DNA of 64,000 nucleotides from Escherichia coli (GTDB lineage Bacteria; Pseudomonadota; Gammaproteobacteria; Enterobacterales; Enterobacteriaceae): NCBI RefSeq assembly GCF_003018255.1, contig NZ_CP027440.1; one strand, 5' to 3'. Shown piece by piece: positions 62,401 to 64,000 of this stretch (position 1 is its first letter; each line of letters starts with the position of its first letter). The notes under the pieces were generated by a model. It saw only the letters and a program-made list of their open reading frames with translations, ran no database searches and was not told where the DNA came from. The position numbers and the translations under genes were made by a program.

Positions 62401-62702
62401 TGGACACGCCCACGTACTTTGCCTTTGCAAAAGGGGCAGGGCTGATGGGGGAGGCCGGACCTGAAGCCATAATGCCCCTGACCCGGGCAGCGGATGGTTC
62501 ACTCGGCGTGCGTGCGGTGGGCCGCATGAACGGCAGTGCGGGTCTGGTGTATTCTCCGGTGTACCACATCGCCATTCAGAATGACGGCGCTAACGGGCAG
62601 ATAGGGCCGGAAGCGGCGGGCACCCTTGTGCAACTGATTGACCAGCGGGTACAGGCGGTGATGTTATCCATGCGTCGTGACGGAGGAATGCTGAGTGGAT
62701 GA
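59460..62702 (+). CDS. tail tape measure protein
   Basis: 1080 aa, alpha-helical and Ala/Gln-rich. Confidence 0.9.
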   Translation: MATLRELIIKISANSQSFQSEIQRASRMGSEYYRTLQNGGRQAAAAAREQRRALAELNSQLTEIRASAVGMTGAFAGAFATGHLISLADEWSSVNARLKQASQSSDEFSSSQKVLMDISQRTGTAFSDNAALFARSAASMREYGYSADDVLKVTEAISTGLKISGASAAEAGSVITQFSQALAQGVLRGEEFNSVNESGDRIIRALAAGMGVARKDLKAMADDGQLTADKVVPALISQLGILRDEYAAMPETVSDGITKVENAFMAWVGGANEASGATKTLSGALNGVAGNIDTVATAAGVLVAVGVARYFGNLASGAMSATAGLVTAARNEVALAEAQLRGTQIATARARAAVYRAQQAVAAARGTEMQIAAEARLAVTQERLNRNIAARTAAQNALNSTTAVGSRLMSGALGLVGGVPGLVMLGAAAWYTLYQSQEQARESARQYALTIDEIAHKTPSMSLPEASDNEGRTREALTEQNRLIDEQASRVKSLQEKIAGYQYVLANPGWTTGNGFMINHLTSVKTVTEELAQATEQFAVEQSRLAQMQEKAQSIQDVLAGLEERRVVLIRQQAAEQNKAYQSLLVMNGQHTEFNRLLGLGNELLQQRQGLASVPLRLSQATLDDKQQSALNNTERQLALSRLKGEEKERARLGYAADDLGLVGDMYQEARQRYIRNSMEAWRNNEANKPKSRGEKSETEKAEDSFSRLLKQQKEQLALAGKNTELAKLKYQTSQGELKTLTEIQKQELLRNAALIDQKKIREQLRAREETLKNDNADARASNDAELLGYGQGERIRERMRELQQIRDSYRQKDADLQSQYQAGDISEDFYRQALAQNAQYLSERLKEQEAFYARSDEQRADWQKGLQEGGSNWVDSASDYASQAAQLATDGISGMVNNITEMLNGNKVEWRSWAASILQEISKVLMNAAIVNGIKMAANSMSGAGGFFGSIGNWLGGAVANAKGGVYTSANLSAYSNSIVDTPTYFAFAKGAGLMGEAGPEAIMPLTRAADGSLGVRAVGRMNGSAGLVYSPVYHIAIQNDGANGQIGPEAAGTLVQLIDQRVQAVMLSMRRDGGMLSG

Positions 62703-63036
62703 GATTAAGACCCTTCACTGGTGTCCCCGGGAAGGGATGCAGGTGACGGAGAAACCGTCGGTGATGACGGTGAAGTTTGGCGACGGTTATCAGCAGCGTC
62801 GTCCGGCAGGACTGAATGCGCAACTGAAGACCTTTCAGGTGGTTTTTCGGGTGACAACGGATGCTGAGCGGGAGGCACTGTCCGCGTTTCTGTCATGGCA
62901 TGGTGGTTACCGGGCTTTTTTGTGGAAGCCCCCGAAACATAACCGGACGGTCAGGGTGGTGTGCCGGGAGTGGAGTATTACGGATAACGCCCGGTACAGT
63001 GATTTCAGTTGCACGATAGAGCAGGTAGTTAGATGA
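62695..63036 (+). CDS. minor tail protein M (lambda gpM-like)
   Basis: ...TVKFGDGYQQRRPAGLNAQLKTFQVVFRV...HGGYRAFLWKPP parallels lambda gpM; GTG start overlapping tape-measure stop. Confidence 0.8.
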   Translation: MDEIKTLHWCPREGMQVTEKPSVMTVKFGDGYQQRRPAGLNAQLKTFQVVFRVTTDAEREALSAFLSWHGGYRAFLWKPPKHNRTVRVVCREWSITDNARYSDFSCTIEQVVR

Positions 63037-63235
63037 GAATTATCCTATAAATCATTCTTTAGTGTTTAGTTGTTAATTATTTTTAATCTGTCTTGTCAGA
63101 AAGTGCGAAATCGATCTTGCATTTACATTTTGTTACGTAATATAAATTGAACTAAGAATTTGTATTAAAATATTTTAATTTTTGTTCATGACATCTGAAT
63201 GCATGAATAGTTCAGTTTAAATAAGGATTAAATCA

Positions 63236-64000
63236 TGAAAAAAATGACAGTGGCACTTTCTGCTGTAGCAGTTGCAGTGATGTTTGCTGCGGGGGCGCAG
63301 GCAGCAGAAGTTTATAATAAAGATGGTAATAAACTGGATCTTTACGGGCGTGCAACCGCTCTGCATTACTTCTCGGATGATAAAGGTAATGACGGAGATC
63401 AGACTTATGCTCGTCTCGGCTTTAAAGGCGAAACGCAGATTAATGATCAACTGACCGGATTTGGTCAGTGGGAATACCAGTTCTCTGGTAACAAAACGGA
63501 ATCTGAAGGTTCCGCGGGAAATAAAACCCGTCTGGCATTTGCAGGTCTGAGATTTGCTGATGTTGGTAGCATTGATTACGGACGTAACTACGGTATTGCT
63601 TACGATGTCGGATCATATACTGACGTACTGCCAGAGTTTGGTGGTGATGGCTGGACTCAGACCGATAACTTTATGACTGCCCGAACTTCCGGAGTTCTGA
63701 CTTACCGTAATACAGATTTCTTTGGGCTGGTTGATGGTCTGAATTTTGCGGCGCAGTATCAGGGCAAAAATGAGCGCGATGACCTCCAGAAGGCCAATGG
63801 TGATGGGTATGGTTTCTCAGCCAGCTATGAGTTTGATGGTTTTGGTTTTGTGGCTGCGTATACCAAGTCAGATCGTACCAATAAGCAGGTTCAGGGACTG
63901 AATGGTAGCAAAACTATTGAAATCAAAGATCCTTTAACTGGGGATGTGACTGAAAAAGAAGTGGTCGTTGATTCCGGCAGCGTTGCAAAAGGTAAACATG
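63236..64000 (+). CDS. OmpC/NmpC/Lc-family general porin (3' end beyond window)
   Basis: [38 protein letters not shown]...[24 protein letters not shown]...[23 protein letters not shown] classic porin signatures; AAGGA RBS; AT-rich upstream. Confidence 0.85.

Larger units (their letters stand above)
20070..64000. mobile_element. lambdoid prophage (left part; right end lies beyond the window) integrated downstream of ompW
   Basis: Integrase abutting ompW, then xis, exonuclease, repressor/cro, replication, rusA, Q, lysis, terminase, head and tail genes in canonical order. Confidence 0.9.

Overview
The window is an Escherichia coli chromosomal segment with a K-12-like backbone from 1 to about 20.07 kb, followed to the window end by the left ~44 kb of a lambdoid prophage integrated immediately downstream of ompW. 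All calls come from reading the sequence and the supplied ORF track; no database search was run, so family assignments rest on recognised motifs and recalled homologies. Backbone: tdk 3' end, a disrupted IS4-family transposase, adhE, ychE, oppABCDF, yciU, clsA, yciY, kch, yciI, tonB, yciA, yciB, yciC, ompW. Prophage: int/xis, a large exonuclease, an HTH repressor without a peptidase domain plus Cro-like and YdaT-like partners, O/P-like replication genes, a hokD-like type I toxin, YdfU-like, rusA and a Q-like antiterminator. The late leader carries accessory genes: a membrane protein, a small wHTH protein, an orphan DNA methyltransferase, two tRNAs, a TolA-domain lipoprotein, a structured repeat array, an AraC regulator and a NanS-p-like esterase. 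Then come a pinholin/SAR-endolysin lysis cassette, HNH plus terminase, an HK97-type head module, lambda-like tail genes through gpM, and a porin gene running off the window. The strongest candidates for undescribed biology are: (1) a low-GC convergent two-gene insert splitting holin from endolysin, (2) two prophage lipoproteins that mimic the C-terminal domains of host TolA and TonB, (3) a tandem array of ~260 bp structured RNA-like repeats, and (4) an opposite-strand zinc-ribbon gene next to the repressor. None of these can be assigned a function from sequence alone.
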